A stretch of DNA of 64,000 bases from positions 256,001 through 320,000 of the forward strand of contig CAWAHW010000001.1 in the NCBI GenBank assembly GCA_963781885.1. The letters run 5' to 3'. The position numbers and the translations under genes are program-made. Every line of letters begins with the position of its first letter. Position 1 is the stretch's first letter. This DNA comes from an uncultured Spirochaetota bacterium. GTDB lineage: Bacteria; Spirochaetota; Spirochaetia; SZUA-6; Fen-1364. The notes beneath the pieces were generated by a model. It was not told the origin of the DNA, did no database searches, and was given only the letters and a program-made list of their open reading frames with translations. Of the stretch, positions 11,116-20,552 are shown in pieces.

Positions 11116-11213
11116 ATCCGCAGCTCCTGTGGTGTGAGTATAGCCCTGTTTCAGCCGCCGGGACAAGTGCGGCCCCGTCACTCCTTCCGCCTGACGTGCA
11201 CCGAAAGCCCCGC

Positions 11214-12017
11214 TCAGGCCATGCCCTCCAGTCTGCCCTCGCGCTCGGCGGTGATGTAGTTCATGCAGAACTGGTCGCGTCCCGCAAGGGCTTCGGCTGC
11301 GGCAATGTGCGCCATCATGCGCGGGTCCAGCGGGTCGACGATCGCCGAATCGAGGCCCTTGGCAATGGCCATGGCGACGAAAACCTGGTTCACCAGCTTC
11401 CGCTTCGGCAGCCCGTAAGAGACATTGGACAGCCCGCAGGTCTTATGCACGAGCGGGTGTTCGCCGCTGATCTTCTCCACGACCCAGAGGGCCGCCATCG
11501 CGGAGTCGCCGTTGGTGCTCACCGGTCGGATGAGCGGATCGACGAAGATGTGATCCGGCGGGACCCCGTCGTCTTCCAGCCTCTTGATGAGGCCATCGGC
11601 GACGGTCCAGACCTTTGTCATGTCGTCAGTCATGCCGTTGTCGTCCAGGCTCAGGGCGACGACGCGCGCGCCGTACTTCTTGAGGAAGGGAATGAGGGTC
11701 TTGTAGCGGTCGGCTTCCGCGGAGATGGAGTTCAGGAAGGGTTCCCGTCCCGCCAGGGCGAGCCCCGCTTCCACGGCCGCGGGACGGGGAGAATCGATCG
11801 ACAGCGGCGCGTCGGTCACCTGCCGGATCGTCCCGATGAGCCACTGCATCTTTTCCACTTCGTCGGTCGGGAAGGCCCCGGCGTTCACGTCGATCCAGCC
11901 CGCGCCCGCCTCGACCTGATTCTTCGCGAGCGTCTGGATGGCGGCGGCGTCCTTCTCCTCGATGGCCTTGCGGATCTGCTTGCGCGTGGAATTGATGAGC
12001 TCGCCGATGATGAGCAT
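11214..12017 (-). CDS. acsE: Methyltetrahydrofolate:corrinoid methyltransferase (AcsE / pterin-binding family)
   Basis: MLIIGELINSTRK, IDVNAG, PLSIDS, NSIS, DPL, GLSNVSYGLP and GLDSAIVDP. Confidence 0.8.
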   Translation of the reverse strand: MLIIGELINSTRKQIRKAIEEKDAAAIQTLAKNQVEAGAGWIDVNAGAFPTDEVEKMQWLIGTIRQVTDAPLSIDSPRPAAVEAGLALAGREPFLNSISAEADRYKTLIPFLKKYGARVVALSLDDNGMTDDMTKVWTVADGLIKRLEDDGVPPDHIFVDPLIRPVSTNGDSAMAALWVVEKISGEHPLVHKTCGLSNVSYGLPKRKLVNQVFVAMAIAKGLDSAIVDPLDPRMMAHIAAAEALAGRDQFCMNYITAEREGRLEGMA

Positions 12018-12057
12018 GCAGCACCTCTTTGTTCAAGAGCGATGGGGGATACGTGGC

Positions 12058-12086
12058 ATCATAGGTGGCGGCCCGCCGAAGGTCAA
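12058..12086 (-). promoter_or_regulatory. Putative sigma70 promoter for acsE
   Basis: Minus strand TTGACC-17 nt-TATGAT. Confidence 0.5.
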
Positions 12087-12130
12087 GCTTGGCGCGGCGT
12101 CAGATGGAAGAATCGCCCGCGGCGAAACGG

Positions 12131-13378
12131 CTACCGGCCGGCGTCGAAGGAGTAGCCGACCTCCTGAAACTGCGCGCGGAACTCCTTCACCTCGTCGCCC
12201 ACGAACTTCTTGTCGATCAGGCAGCGCTTGAAAAGCTCCGCGATGCGGTCCATCTCCGGTTCCTTCATGCCGACCCTCGTCATCTCCTGGACCCCGAGCC
12301 GGATGCCGGCCGGGCTCGTCGCATGGTCCAGCGGCTCGAAGGGCAGGAGATTCATGTTCACGATTATCCTGTTGTCCTTCAGGTCGCGGGCGGCGGCGTC
12401 TCCGCCCCCGTGCGCACTCATGTCGATGGCCACCTGGTGGCTCTCCGTGAAACCGAACTTCTCCGCCTGCACGGCGAATCCGCAGTCGTAGAGCTTGCGC
12501 GCGAACTGTTTCGCATTGGCGATCACCTGGCGCGCGTAGTCGACGCCGAACTCCAGCACCTCGTACGTTGCGGAGGTGAGGGCGACAAGTGTCTCCAGGT
12601 GGTGATTGGACGAGGAACCGGGAAACGCGCCTTTGTCGATCCTTCGCCATTCCTCGTCGTCAAGATTGGACAGGATCACGCCGCGCTGGGAGCCGAAGAA
12701 CGTCTTGTGCGTGCTGCCCGTCACGATGGCCGCGCCGTCTCCCAGCGGATCCTGGAACTGCCCGCCGGCCACGAGGCCCAGCACGTGGGCCGCGTCATAG
12801 ATGAGGTGGATGCCTTTCTTCCGGCAGTAGGGCGCCAGCTCTTTCACCGGCTCGGGAAACAGGAAGAGGCTCTTGCCCATGATGAGGACCTTGGGGTCGA
12901 AGGACTTCAGGATGTCCAGCGTATGATCCACGTCGATGTGCCAGCCGTCGGCGGTGAGCGGGAAATTCACGATGTTCTTCGTGTACTTTCCCACCGAGCC
13001 CGCCTTGTGGTGGCTGATGTGCCCGCCGGCCGGGGTGGAGTTCACCATGACGATGTCACCCCAGCGGATGTAGCGGCTGAACACGGCGTCGTTGGCGATG
13101 GTCCCGCTGATGGGCCGTACGTCGGCGTGCTTGCAGTGGAAGAGCGACTTCATCTGCTGCTTCAGGAGGCTCTCGATCTCGTCGATGATCTCCGTTCCCT
13201 GGTAGTAGCGCTCCCCCGGGTGTCCCTCGGCGTAGCGGTGGGCGAAGTCCGATCCCATGAGGCCGCGCACGCGGCGGCTTGTGACGTTCTCACTGGCGAT
13301 CAGGTTGATGCACGACCCGCGCCAGTCATTCTGCTCCTTCACCAGCGCTTCGATGTGGGCCGCGTTTCGCTCGTACAT
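12131..13378 (-). CDS. glyA: Serine hydroxymethyltransferase (archaeal-like sequence type)
   Basis: LIASEN, YAEGHPGERYYQG, GGHISH, DAAH, GSTHKT (PLP Lys), FPG..SNHH and GIRLG. Confidence 0.9.
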   Translation of the reverse strand: MYERNAAHIEALVKEQNDWRGSCINLIASENVTSRRVRGLMGSDFAHRYAEGHPGERYYQGTEIIDEIESLLKQQMKSLFHCKHADVRPISGTIANDAVFSRYIRWGDIVMVNSTPAGGHISHHKAGSVGKYTKNIVNFPLTADGWHIDVDHTLDILKSFDPKVLIMGKSLFLFPEPVKELAPYCRKKGIHLIYDAAHVLGLVAGGQFQDPLGDGAAIVTGSTHKTFFGSQRGVILSNLDDEEWRRIDKGAFPGSSSNHHLETLVALTSATYEVLEFGVDYARQVIANAKQFARKLYDCGFAVQAEKFGFTESHQVAIDMSAHGGGDAAARDLKDNRIIVNMNLLPFEPLDHATSPAGIRLGVQEMTRVGMKEPEMDRIAELFKRCLIDKKFVGDEVKEFRAQFQEVGYSFDAGR

Positions 13379-13390
13379 GAATCTTCCTTT

Positions 13391-14350
13391 CTACAGGGCC
13401 GCGAGGAACTCGTAGGCGCGGTCATCGACGCCGGGAATCCCCTCGTGCCCGAAATCGGGGTAGACGAGCATGCTCTTCTTGCACGTCAGGCGGTTGTAGG
13501 CGGCAAACTGGGTCGATGCCGGGCAGATCGCGTCCATGAGCCCGGTGGCGAAGCACGTCTCCGCGCGGATGCGCGGCGCGAGGTACTGCACGTCGATGTA
13601 TCCCAGCCTCGTGAAAACGTCCTGCTCGCGCTCGTGGAGGGGGTCGTAGGTGCGGAAGTACCAGGCAAGCTCCTCGTAGGCCTGCTCGGCGAGATCCATC
13701 TCCCAGACGCGCTTGTAGTCGCAGAGAAAGGGATAGATCGAGAATGCCCGCCGGATGCGCGGCTCCAGCGCGGCGCAGACGAGCGTCAGGCCCCCGCCCT
13801 GCGATGCGCCGGTGGCGCCCACCCGGTCGGGATCGACGTCCGCCATGCCCATCACGATGCCGGCAAGCTGCGCCGTGTCCAGGAAAACCTGGCGGAAGAG
13901 AAGCTTATCCGGCTCGTCGTCGAGCCCGCGGATGAAATGCCCCTTCCACGTCGAGCCCTTCACGCCGCCCTTGTCCTCGGAAAGGCCGCCCTGGCCGCGG
14001 CAATCCAGCGCCGCTGCCGTGAAGCCCAGGGCTGCCCATCGCAGCTTGTCCGCCCAATCCCCGCTGTTCACCGTGTATCCATGGAAAAGGAGAACCGCGG
14101 GGTGACGGCCCTTCGGTTTCGCGGGCCGCACGAGCTTGGCATGGATGCGCGCGCCGCCCACGCCGGTGAAATAGAGATGGAAACATTCGGCATAGGGAGC
14201 GCTCATGGCGACGGGAACCAGCTCGATCTTCGGATCCACGGCCTGCATCTCCGCGAGCGCGCGCGCCCAGTAGGCGTCATGATCGCCCGGCCGGGGGCTC
14301 CTGCCGTGGTAACTGCGAAGCTCTTCCAAAGGCATGTCGATGAGCGGCAT
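13391..14350 (-). CDS. Acetylxylan esterase / cephalosporin-C deacetylase (CE7)
   Basis: MPLIDMPLEEL, FHGY, DCRGQGG, GASQGG nucleophile motif and YPDFGHE. Confidence 0.88.
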   Translation of the reverse strand: MPLIDMPLEELRSYHGRSPRPGDHDAYWARALAEMQAVDPKIELVPVAMSAPYAECFHLYFTGVGGARIHAKLVRPAKPKGRHPAVLLFHGYTVNSGDWADKLRWAALGFTAAALDCRGQGGLSEDKGGVKGSTWKGHFIRGLDDEPDKLLFRQVFLDTAQLAGIVMGMADVDPDRVGATGASQGGGLTLVCAALEPRIRRAFSIYPFLCDYKRVWEMDLAEQAYEELAWYFRTYDPLHEREQDVFTRLGYIDVQYLAPRIRAETCFATGLMDAICPASTQFAAYNRLTCKKSMLVYPDFGHEGIPGVDDRAYEFLAAL

Positions 14351-14428
14351 AGCCCAAGAATATAGGCGGTTGCGCCGATCTACGCAAGAACGCCGCCTCC
14401 AGCTATGCCGCGGAAGGCGGCACGCGGG

Positions 14429-15685
14429 CTAATGCTTGAAGCACCTCTGGCCGGTATACACCATGGCAACGCCTGCCTCATTGCAGGCCTCGATGGATTC
14501 GAAATCCCGGTCAGACCCCCCAGGCTGCGCAATAGCCGTGACGCCTTCCCGGATGCCGACATCCACGCCGTCGCGGAAGGGAAAAAAGCCATCGGATATC
14601 ATGCAGGCGCCGCTGATGCCGCCCTTCTGCCGCGCGACCTCGCGGTCGATCTCGGCGCGCGCCTCGGGCTTTTCAAGCGATGCATACGGCGTCTGGAAGC
14701 TCTCCCAGGCAAGACGATCCGCCAGCTTGCGGAAGGCCTTGTCGCGCGCGATCTCCGCCACGCCCACCCTGTCCTGCTCCCCGGTCCCGATCCCGACCGT
14801 TGCCCCGTCCTTCACGTAGATCACGGAATTGCTCGTGATGCCGGTCTCCAGGAGCCAGCCGAAGAGAAGATCGTCGAGCTCCTTTTCGGTGGGCCGTCGT
14901 GCAATCTCATAGTGCTTTCCCTTGAAGGTGGCGGCCGCGGGAAGGAAGTCGCCGACGGCGAGGGTGGTCGGCACAAAAGCGGTCTGCGCGATGATACCGC
15001 CGTCGATGAGGCTCTTGAAGTCCACGTACTGTGTGCCGACGAACGACTCCAGACGGGACATGGCCCCGATCTTCATGACGCGCAGGTTTTTCCACCGGGC
15101 AAAAATGTCCAGCACGCCCGGGCCAAAGTCCGGAGCGACCACGACCTCGGCGTACGACGAGGCGATCAGCTCCGCCGTCTCCCGATCCACCTCGCGGTTC
15201 AGCGCGACGGCCCCGCCGAATGCTGCCAGCCGATCCGCGCTGTATGCCTTGTGGTAGGCATCGGCGAGCGTCGCGCCTTTTGCCGCACCGCAGGGATTGT
15301 TGTGCTTCACGATGATGGCGCACGGCGCCTGCGCGAAGTAGCGCAGCACGTTCAACGCATTGTCCACATCGGTGATATTGATCTTGCCCGGGTGCTTGCC
15401 GGACTGGAGGAGCTCAATGTCCGATGCAAGGGAGCGCCCCGGCGCGATCGTCGTGACGCTGCCGATCGTGAGATTGCCGTTGAGAAGGCGATAGAGCGCC
15501 GCTTCCTGCCCGGGGTTCTCCCCGTAGCGCAGGCCCTTCTCCTCCCCTCCAATGACCCACGTTGCCTTTTCATAGACAAGTGTCTGCCGCCCCGTCTCGC
15601 CAATGAAGCTGATCTCCATCCGGTCGGGGAAATGATCGTCCATGATACGCCTGTAGGCGCTCTTGAAGTCGGGCGTGCCGGGCAT
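14429..15685 (-). CDS. purH: Stand-alone PurH C-terminal (AICAR transformylase-like) protein
   Basis: LRYGENPGQEAA, IVKHNNPCG, AFGG, SN, GIGTGEQDRV, SDGFFPFRD, QPGGS and RCFKH. Confidence 0.85.
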   Translation of the reverse strand: MPGTPDFKSAYRRIMDDHFPDRMEISFIGETGRQTLVYEKATWVIGGEEKGLRYGENPGQEAALYRLLNGNLTIGSVTTIAPGRSLASDIELLQSGKHPGKINITDVDNALNVLRYFAQAPCAIIVKHNNPCGAAKGATLADAYHKAYSADRLAAFGGAVALNREVDRETAELIASSYAEVVVAPDFGPGVLDIFARWKNLRVMKIGAMSRLESFVGTQYVDFKSLIDGGIIAQTAFVPTTLAVGDFLPAAATFKGKHYEIARRPTEKELDDLLFGWLLETGITSNSVIYVKDGATVGIGTGEQDRVGVAEIARDKAFRKLADRLAWESFQTPYASLEKPEARAEIDREVARQKGGISGACMISDGFFPFRDGVDVGIREGVTAIAQPGGSDRDFESIEACNEAGVAMVYTGQRCFKH

Positions 15686-16368
15686 CAGCTCCCCCTATTG
15701 ACGGTGTAGGCGGCAAGGCCGGCGCCGGGGTCGGCCGCATCCAGGTAAGTGGTTATTGCCGCGTCGTAGCGGGCGATGCGCCGGAAGGCCGCCCGCGCCA
15801 GGCGGAACCGCGTCTCCAGGCCGAGCGTGCCATTTGCGGCTGCCAGCTCCTGGAGCACGCCGGCGTATTCACCCGGGTCCGTGACGGCAGCCACGCGGTG
15901 GAAGTTCTTCGCCGCGGCGCGGACCATGCACGGCCCGCCGATGTCGATGTTGGCGCGCGCGTCTTCCAGCGTCGCACCTGCCGCGGCGGACGCCTGCTCG
16001 AAGGGGTAGAGATTCACGACGACCATGTCGATGGCCGCGGCGCCGGTCCGGGCGAGGTCCTGGGTGTGATCGGGGTTGTAGGTTTCCGAAAGAAGACCGA
16101 GGTAGATCTTGAAGTCGAGCGTCTTCACGAGGCCGCCCTGCATTTCCGGCTGGCCGGTGTAGGCGGACACCTGTTTGAGGGACGACGCCGCGTCGCTGCC
16201 GAGTGCTTTTTCCAGGGCCTGAAATGTCCCGCCCGTGGAGAGGATGAGCGCGTCCGGGACGGCGGCCAGAAGCCCTGCCGCGAATGACGCAAGCCCCGTC
16301 TTGTCGAAGACGCTCACCAGGACGGTCTTCACCCTGACACGATCGTCTATCCTCTGGACCTTATTGAT
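15685..16368 (-). CDS. purH: Stand-alone PurH N-terminal (IMP cyclohydrolase / MGS-like) protein
   Basis: LVSVFDKTGL, STGGT, YTGQPEMQGGLVKTL, VVVNLYPF and NIDIGGPCMVRAAAKN. Start is uncertain: ATC 16368 after AGGAGG, or GTG 16332. Confidence 0.82.
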   Translation of the reverse strand: MNKVQRIDDRVRVKTVLVSVFDKTGLASFAAGLLAAVPDALILSTGGTFQALEKALGSDAASSLKQVSAYTGQPEMQGGLVKTLDFKIYLGLLSETYNPDHTQDLARTGAAAIDMVVVNLYPFEQASAAAGATLEDARANIDIGGPCMVRAAAKNFHRVAAVTDPGEYAGVLQELAAANGTLGLETRFRLARAAFRRIARYDAAITTYLDAADPGAGLAAYTVNRGS

Positions 16369-16435
16369 GGCGGCCTCCTGGTGCCGGCATGCTAAGAGTT
16401 TTGGCAGGGATGCGCAAGGTCGTGGTCCGCGCGCG

Positions 16436-17861
16436 TCAGTTGCCGGAGGCTCCCGCGGCGCGGCCCTGTTCGGCGATCTGCAGCTCCGTCTCGACGGCAT
16501 CGGGCGCCCCCCGGCCTTCGATCTGGGCGAAGTAGGTCGCGGCGACCCGCTCCGGGCCGTTCTGCCCGGTAGACGACGGCGACGTAAAAGAGCATGCGCG
16601 CCTTCAGCGCCTGGTTGTGTTCCCGATCGATGCGCGCCAGGAGAGGGGCCTCGCCGCTTTTGTCCTCGAGGCAGCGCGCCACATCGTGGTACCAGGAATC
16701 CGCGGGCGCGCGGTCGAGCACCGGCGCCACCAGACCGGGCACATCGTCGGGCTTTCCCTGGCGCAGCGCGCAGAGTGCCGCGCAGAGCGGATAGGCGTGC
16801 TCTGTCTCGACGAAATCGTAGGCGCGGAGAAAAGCGGCCCGCGCCTGCGCCCAGTCGCCCGCCTTCCAGTTGAGAACGGCAAGAGGCTCGTAGGCGGCGC
16901 CGTATGACGGCTTCAGGCTCACGACGCGCTGCCAGTCGTTGATGGCGTCTGCCGTGTCCCCCCGCGTGCCGCGCGCTTCCGCACGCAGCGCGTAAGACTC
17001 GAACTGGTCGGGATCGAGCCGGATCGCCATGGAAAAATCCGCAACGGCCTCCGTGAGCAGGGACTGCGCGCGGTAGAGCTTGCCGCGATCGATGTACGAC
17101 CAGGAATAGGACGGGTCGAGCGCGATGGCCTTGGTGAGATCGTCGATCGCGCCCTTATTGTCGCCTGCGGCTTCGCGCACCCGGGACCGGTCGATGAAGG
17201 CAAAAGAATAGTCGGGCGCGGCGGCGATTGCGCGGCCGTACAGGTCGTCGGCCGCCTGCCATTCGTGCGCCTGGGACTTCAGGTCGCCCTGGCCGAGCAG
17301 CGCCGGCACGTTCGCGGGATCGCGGCTCAGGGCCTGGCTGAAATACCCTTCGGCTGTCGCGGAATCACCGCGGGCAAGGACGATGTTTCCCAGGGCCGCC
17401 AGCGCGTCAGGGTGCCCGGCGTCCACGGCGATCACCTGTCGGAGAAGGGCCTCCTGCTCGTCCTCGTGGCCGTCCATGCCGGCGACCAGCGAAAGACTGT
17501 ACAGGGCGTCGGTATTCTTCGGGTCATCGGCGAGGATCAGGTTGAACTCTTCGCGCGCCTCGGCGAGCTTGCCGGCCACCATGAGAAGACGGGCATGGAG
17601 GAGGCGGGTGTCGACGCCTTGCGGCTTTGCGGCGAGTGACTTTTCGTATGTCTCCAGCGCCTGCTCGGGTTTGCCAACCTCGATCGCCGCTGCCATGCTG
17701 TCATAGGGGACCCCCGATTCCGCGGGGGCAGTCTTCACGGGCGCGCGGGCGGGCGATATGCACGCGAAGAGGCCAACGAGGAGGGCGATGCATGTCGCAA
17801 CGAGGGCCGCGACGCTGTACTGCGCGGCAAAGGACGGGCGCAGACCTTTCACGGGAGCCAT
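16436..17861 (-). CDS. Tetratricopeptide-repeat exported protein / lipoprotein; apparent frameshift near 16565
   Basis: N-terminal hydrophobic segment with LFAC and about 9 TPR units. The track ORF runs to 16392, but a more natural tail (…VAATYFAQIE…GASGN*) ends at 16436 in another frame. Confidence 0.78.
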
Positions 17862-17926
17862 GGAACCCGCATGTGATAACGCGCAACGTTGAATCTTTCA
17901 AGCCCCCCTGATAGAATCCGCGCGCA

Positions 17927-19759
17927 ATGCAGAAATCCTCCGCACGGTCCGCGCTCCGTTTCGCCGTCTACGGCGGGGTCGTGCTCCTCCTCCTCGCCCT
18001 GGCTCTCTTCTTCCGGCCCGTCAATGCCGCCGTGGGCGACGCGCGGGTGACGGGGCGCTACGAGTTTCTGCCCCTCTTCCAGTCGCGCGACCTTCGCGAT
18101 CTCACCCTTTCCTGGAACGGCATGTCGCTGCGATTCTCCGATGCCACGAGTCCCGCCTTGAAGGGCTTCGAGACCACGGACAATGGCACCGACATCGTCT
18201 TCGACGCGGACATGCGTCTGCGCCTGTCGCCGGCAAGCGATGTCGGGGGATCTCTTGCCATCACGCGGATCGGCGCCGCAGCGGCCGGCTCCCTCACCGT
18301 CCCCTTCAGCGTGAGCGGGGTGGAGGAATCGCCGGCAGCCGGCACGCTGGGCTGGCGACGCGCGGGGCGCAGCTACCTGCTGGAGCTGCCCGCCGGCGCG
18401 CAGGTCGATGAGGCGGCACGCACGCTCCTCCTGCCCACGGGCGCCGCCGGCTGGACGGCGCGCCTGCGCACCGAGGGCACCCCCGCGGTGGCCGCCGCGA
18501 TTTCCACCGCGGTGAATACCGCTCCGGTCCGCGTCACCGCGGCGCCCACGCGTCTTCCCGATGAGAAGGCCATGCCCACCGACGAGCAGCTCCGCGCCGG
18601 CATGGCGCACTTCGTCGACGCCGCGTTCGCCGGCTGGTCTGCGACGCGTCTTTCCGCCGCGGATGCAGAGTGGAAGATGCCGGATGGCACGCTCGCGTTC
18701 TCTGAGGACATCGGTGTCGGCCTTCTTGCAGAGGCGATCGCGCGCGGCTCGTGGCAGCAGTTCCTCCCGCTATGGTCCGACGCCCTGGCGCGCGCGCAGA
18801 AGCGCGCACCTGAAACGTCCCTTTCCTTTGTCACGAGTCCATACCTCGGCGGGGTGAGGGATTACGCCCGCAGCCTGCAGGCGCAAAGCGCCACGCTTGT
18901 CGACAAGGCAGGCGCCCTGCTTGCGAAGTCCGACGACGCCGTGCTTTCCATCCCCGGCCTCGTGCCCCTCTTGCTCGATCACGGCAGCGCAGAGCTCCTG
19001 AAGAGCGCCGGATCATTCCTCACGTCGCACGGCAGCGCGCGGCTGGATGCCGGTCCGGCGGTGGGTCTGCTGGAAGCGCTGCTTGACTACGACAGGCTCG
19101 TCGACGCCGGGGACGGGGTGAGCCGCGGCCTGAAGGACGCGGTGGAGAAAGGCATCCTGCCGCGCGTGCGCACCGCGGACGCCGGCGTGTACGTGGACAA
19201 GGGCGATGGCACGTCAGACGTGGAAACCGACATACGCGGCGGGGCCCTTCTCATCCGCGCGGGCGGCATCCTCTCCTCATCCATGGCTTCGGCCGTCGGC
19301 AGAGGCCTTCTCTCGTCGGCGCTTGCCCTGGCCGGGAATGACGGGATGCTTCCTGCAAGCGTTGCGATCGGCGGGGGCCATGTCGGCCAGCGCAAAGGCA
19401 CCCTGGCGCCGGAGGGCGTGTACGCCCTTCTTCCGATCGACAGGTACCTGCCGCAGGAAATACCCTTGCCGCAGCTCGGACAGGGAGCCTGGATCTGGAC
19501 CGCGGCGCACGTGATAAGCGCGCAGAAGACCGATGCCCAGATCACGCTCGTGCTCGGCTATCCGCAGGGAGTGGCGCACAACTTCATCATCCAGGGCGCA
19601 AAGCCATTCACCCAGGTGCGGCTGCACGGCATCCCCTGGCACACCGATCCGACGTACTTCAAGTACTCCGACGGCTGGGCCTATGACACGACAAGCCAGA
19701 CTTTCTTCGTGAAGCTCACGGGCAAATCGGACCGGGAGGAGATGGATATCCTGTATTAG
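17927..19759 (+). CDS. Hypothetical membrane-anchored/exported protein
   Basis: 610 aa, N-terminal TM/signal, genome-typical codon usage; no family recognised. Confidence 0.7.
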   Translation: MQKSSARSALRFAVYGGVVLLLLALALFFRPVNAAVGDARVTGRYEFLPLFQSRDLRDLTLSWNGMSLRFSDATSPALKGFETTDNGTDIVFDADMRLRLSPASDVGGSLAITRIGAAAAGSLTVPFSVSGVEESPAAGTLGWRRAGRSYLLELPAGAQVDEAARTLLLPTGAAGWTARLRTEGTPAVAAAISTAVNTAPVRVTAAPTRLPDEKAMPTDEQLRAGMAHFVDAAFAGWSATRLSAADAEWKMPDGTLAFSEDIGVGLLAEAIARGSWQQFLPLWSDALARAQKRAPETSLSFVTSPYLGGVRDYARSLQAQSATLVDKAGALLAKSDDAVLSIPGLVPLLLDHGSAELLKSAGSFLTSHGSARLDAGPAVGLLEALLDYDRLVDAGDGVSRGLKDAVEKGILPRVRTADAGVYVDKGDGTSDVETDIRGGALLIRAGGILSSSMASAVGRGLLSSALALAGNDGMLPASVAIGGGHVGQRKGTLAPEGVYALLPIDRYLPQEIPLPQLGQGAWIWTAAHVISAQKTDAQITLVLGYPQGVAHNFIIQGAKPFTQVRLHGIPWHTDPTYFKYSDGWAYDTTSQTFFVKLTGKSDREEMDILY

Positions 19760-20460
19760 GCGGAGCGCTTCCGGGGGTGCTCGTGTGTGCTTTCAAGCGT
19801 CCGGTAGAGACGGAGGACGGAGCTTTCCAGCTCGTTCTTCAGGCGCTGCTTCTCCTGCGGAAAGGGTCGGGTCACGTCGAAGCGTATGGGTGTGCCGACG
19901 AGGATGCCGTGCATCTTGCGGTTCACGGCCACGGGCAGAAACTGTATGGCCTTGCGCGTCTTCTCATAATAGAGCTTGCCGATGTGGATGAATCCCGTGC
20001 AGAACTCGCACAGGACGTCGTTGATCTTTTTCGTGGAATCTTCCGCGAACACGAGGATGTTCTTCCCCTGCTCGAGCAGCGACAGGCTGCGCATCACGGT
20101 GGCCTTGATCTGCTTGCTCTGCTGGTAGACGGGGATTGCGCCGATGTCCTTCATGATGGCAACGCAGATGCGGCCGATGATTCTCGAGAGATAGGCGCTG
20201 AGCGGCGGCTTCAAATGCAGCTCCTGCTCGAGGAACTCCATCTGAATGCGCTGGGAGACCGTCTTGAGGTCCGTGACCTCGTGCGAGACCCAGGGGTACA
20301 TTTCCACCGGCATGGATGTGATCACCGAGACGGGGCCGAAGGAGCCCGCGTGATTCGCGACCATGATGACGGGCTCGGTCGAATCGATATTCTTTGCGCC
20401 GTGCAAGTGCGCGTTGAAGAAGAGGCGACGAAGCAACTTGTAGAAATGCTGTGCCACCAT
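19756..20460 (-). CDS. PlsC-like lysophospholipid acyltransferase
   Basis: VIMVANH, GAIPVY, ILVFAE, F.TGF and FLPVAV blocks; the HX4D Asp is replaced by Gly. Confidence 0.7.
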   Translation of the reverse strand: MVAQHFYKLLRRLFFNAHLHGAKNIDSTEPVIMVANHAGSFGPVSVITSMPVEMYPWVSHEVTDLKTVSQRIQMEFLEQELHLKPPLSAYLSRIIGRICVAIMKDIGAIPVYQQSKQIKATVMRSLSLLEQGKNILVFAEDSTKKINDVLCEFCTGFIHIGKLYYEKTRKAIQFLPVAVNRKMHGILVGTPIRFDVTRPFPQEKQRLKNELESSVLRLYRTLESTHEHPRKRSA

Positions 20461-20552
20461 TGCTGCCCACCCTGAGACCGTCTTTGCATAGACAGCCTAT
20501 GCTAAGGGTAATGCTCTCACCCACATTAGTCAAGCAAAACAGCGGAGGCCGA

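Noticed and set aside
12065-15709. 766-aa and 434-aa plus-strand ORFs
   Set aside because: Antisense shadows of glyA, the CE7 esterase and purH.
16369-16435. Possible ZMP/ZTP riboswitch upstream of purH
   Set aside because: The spacer is short, is filled by a promoter-like sequence and RBS, and shows no recognisable riboswitch motif.
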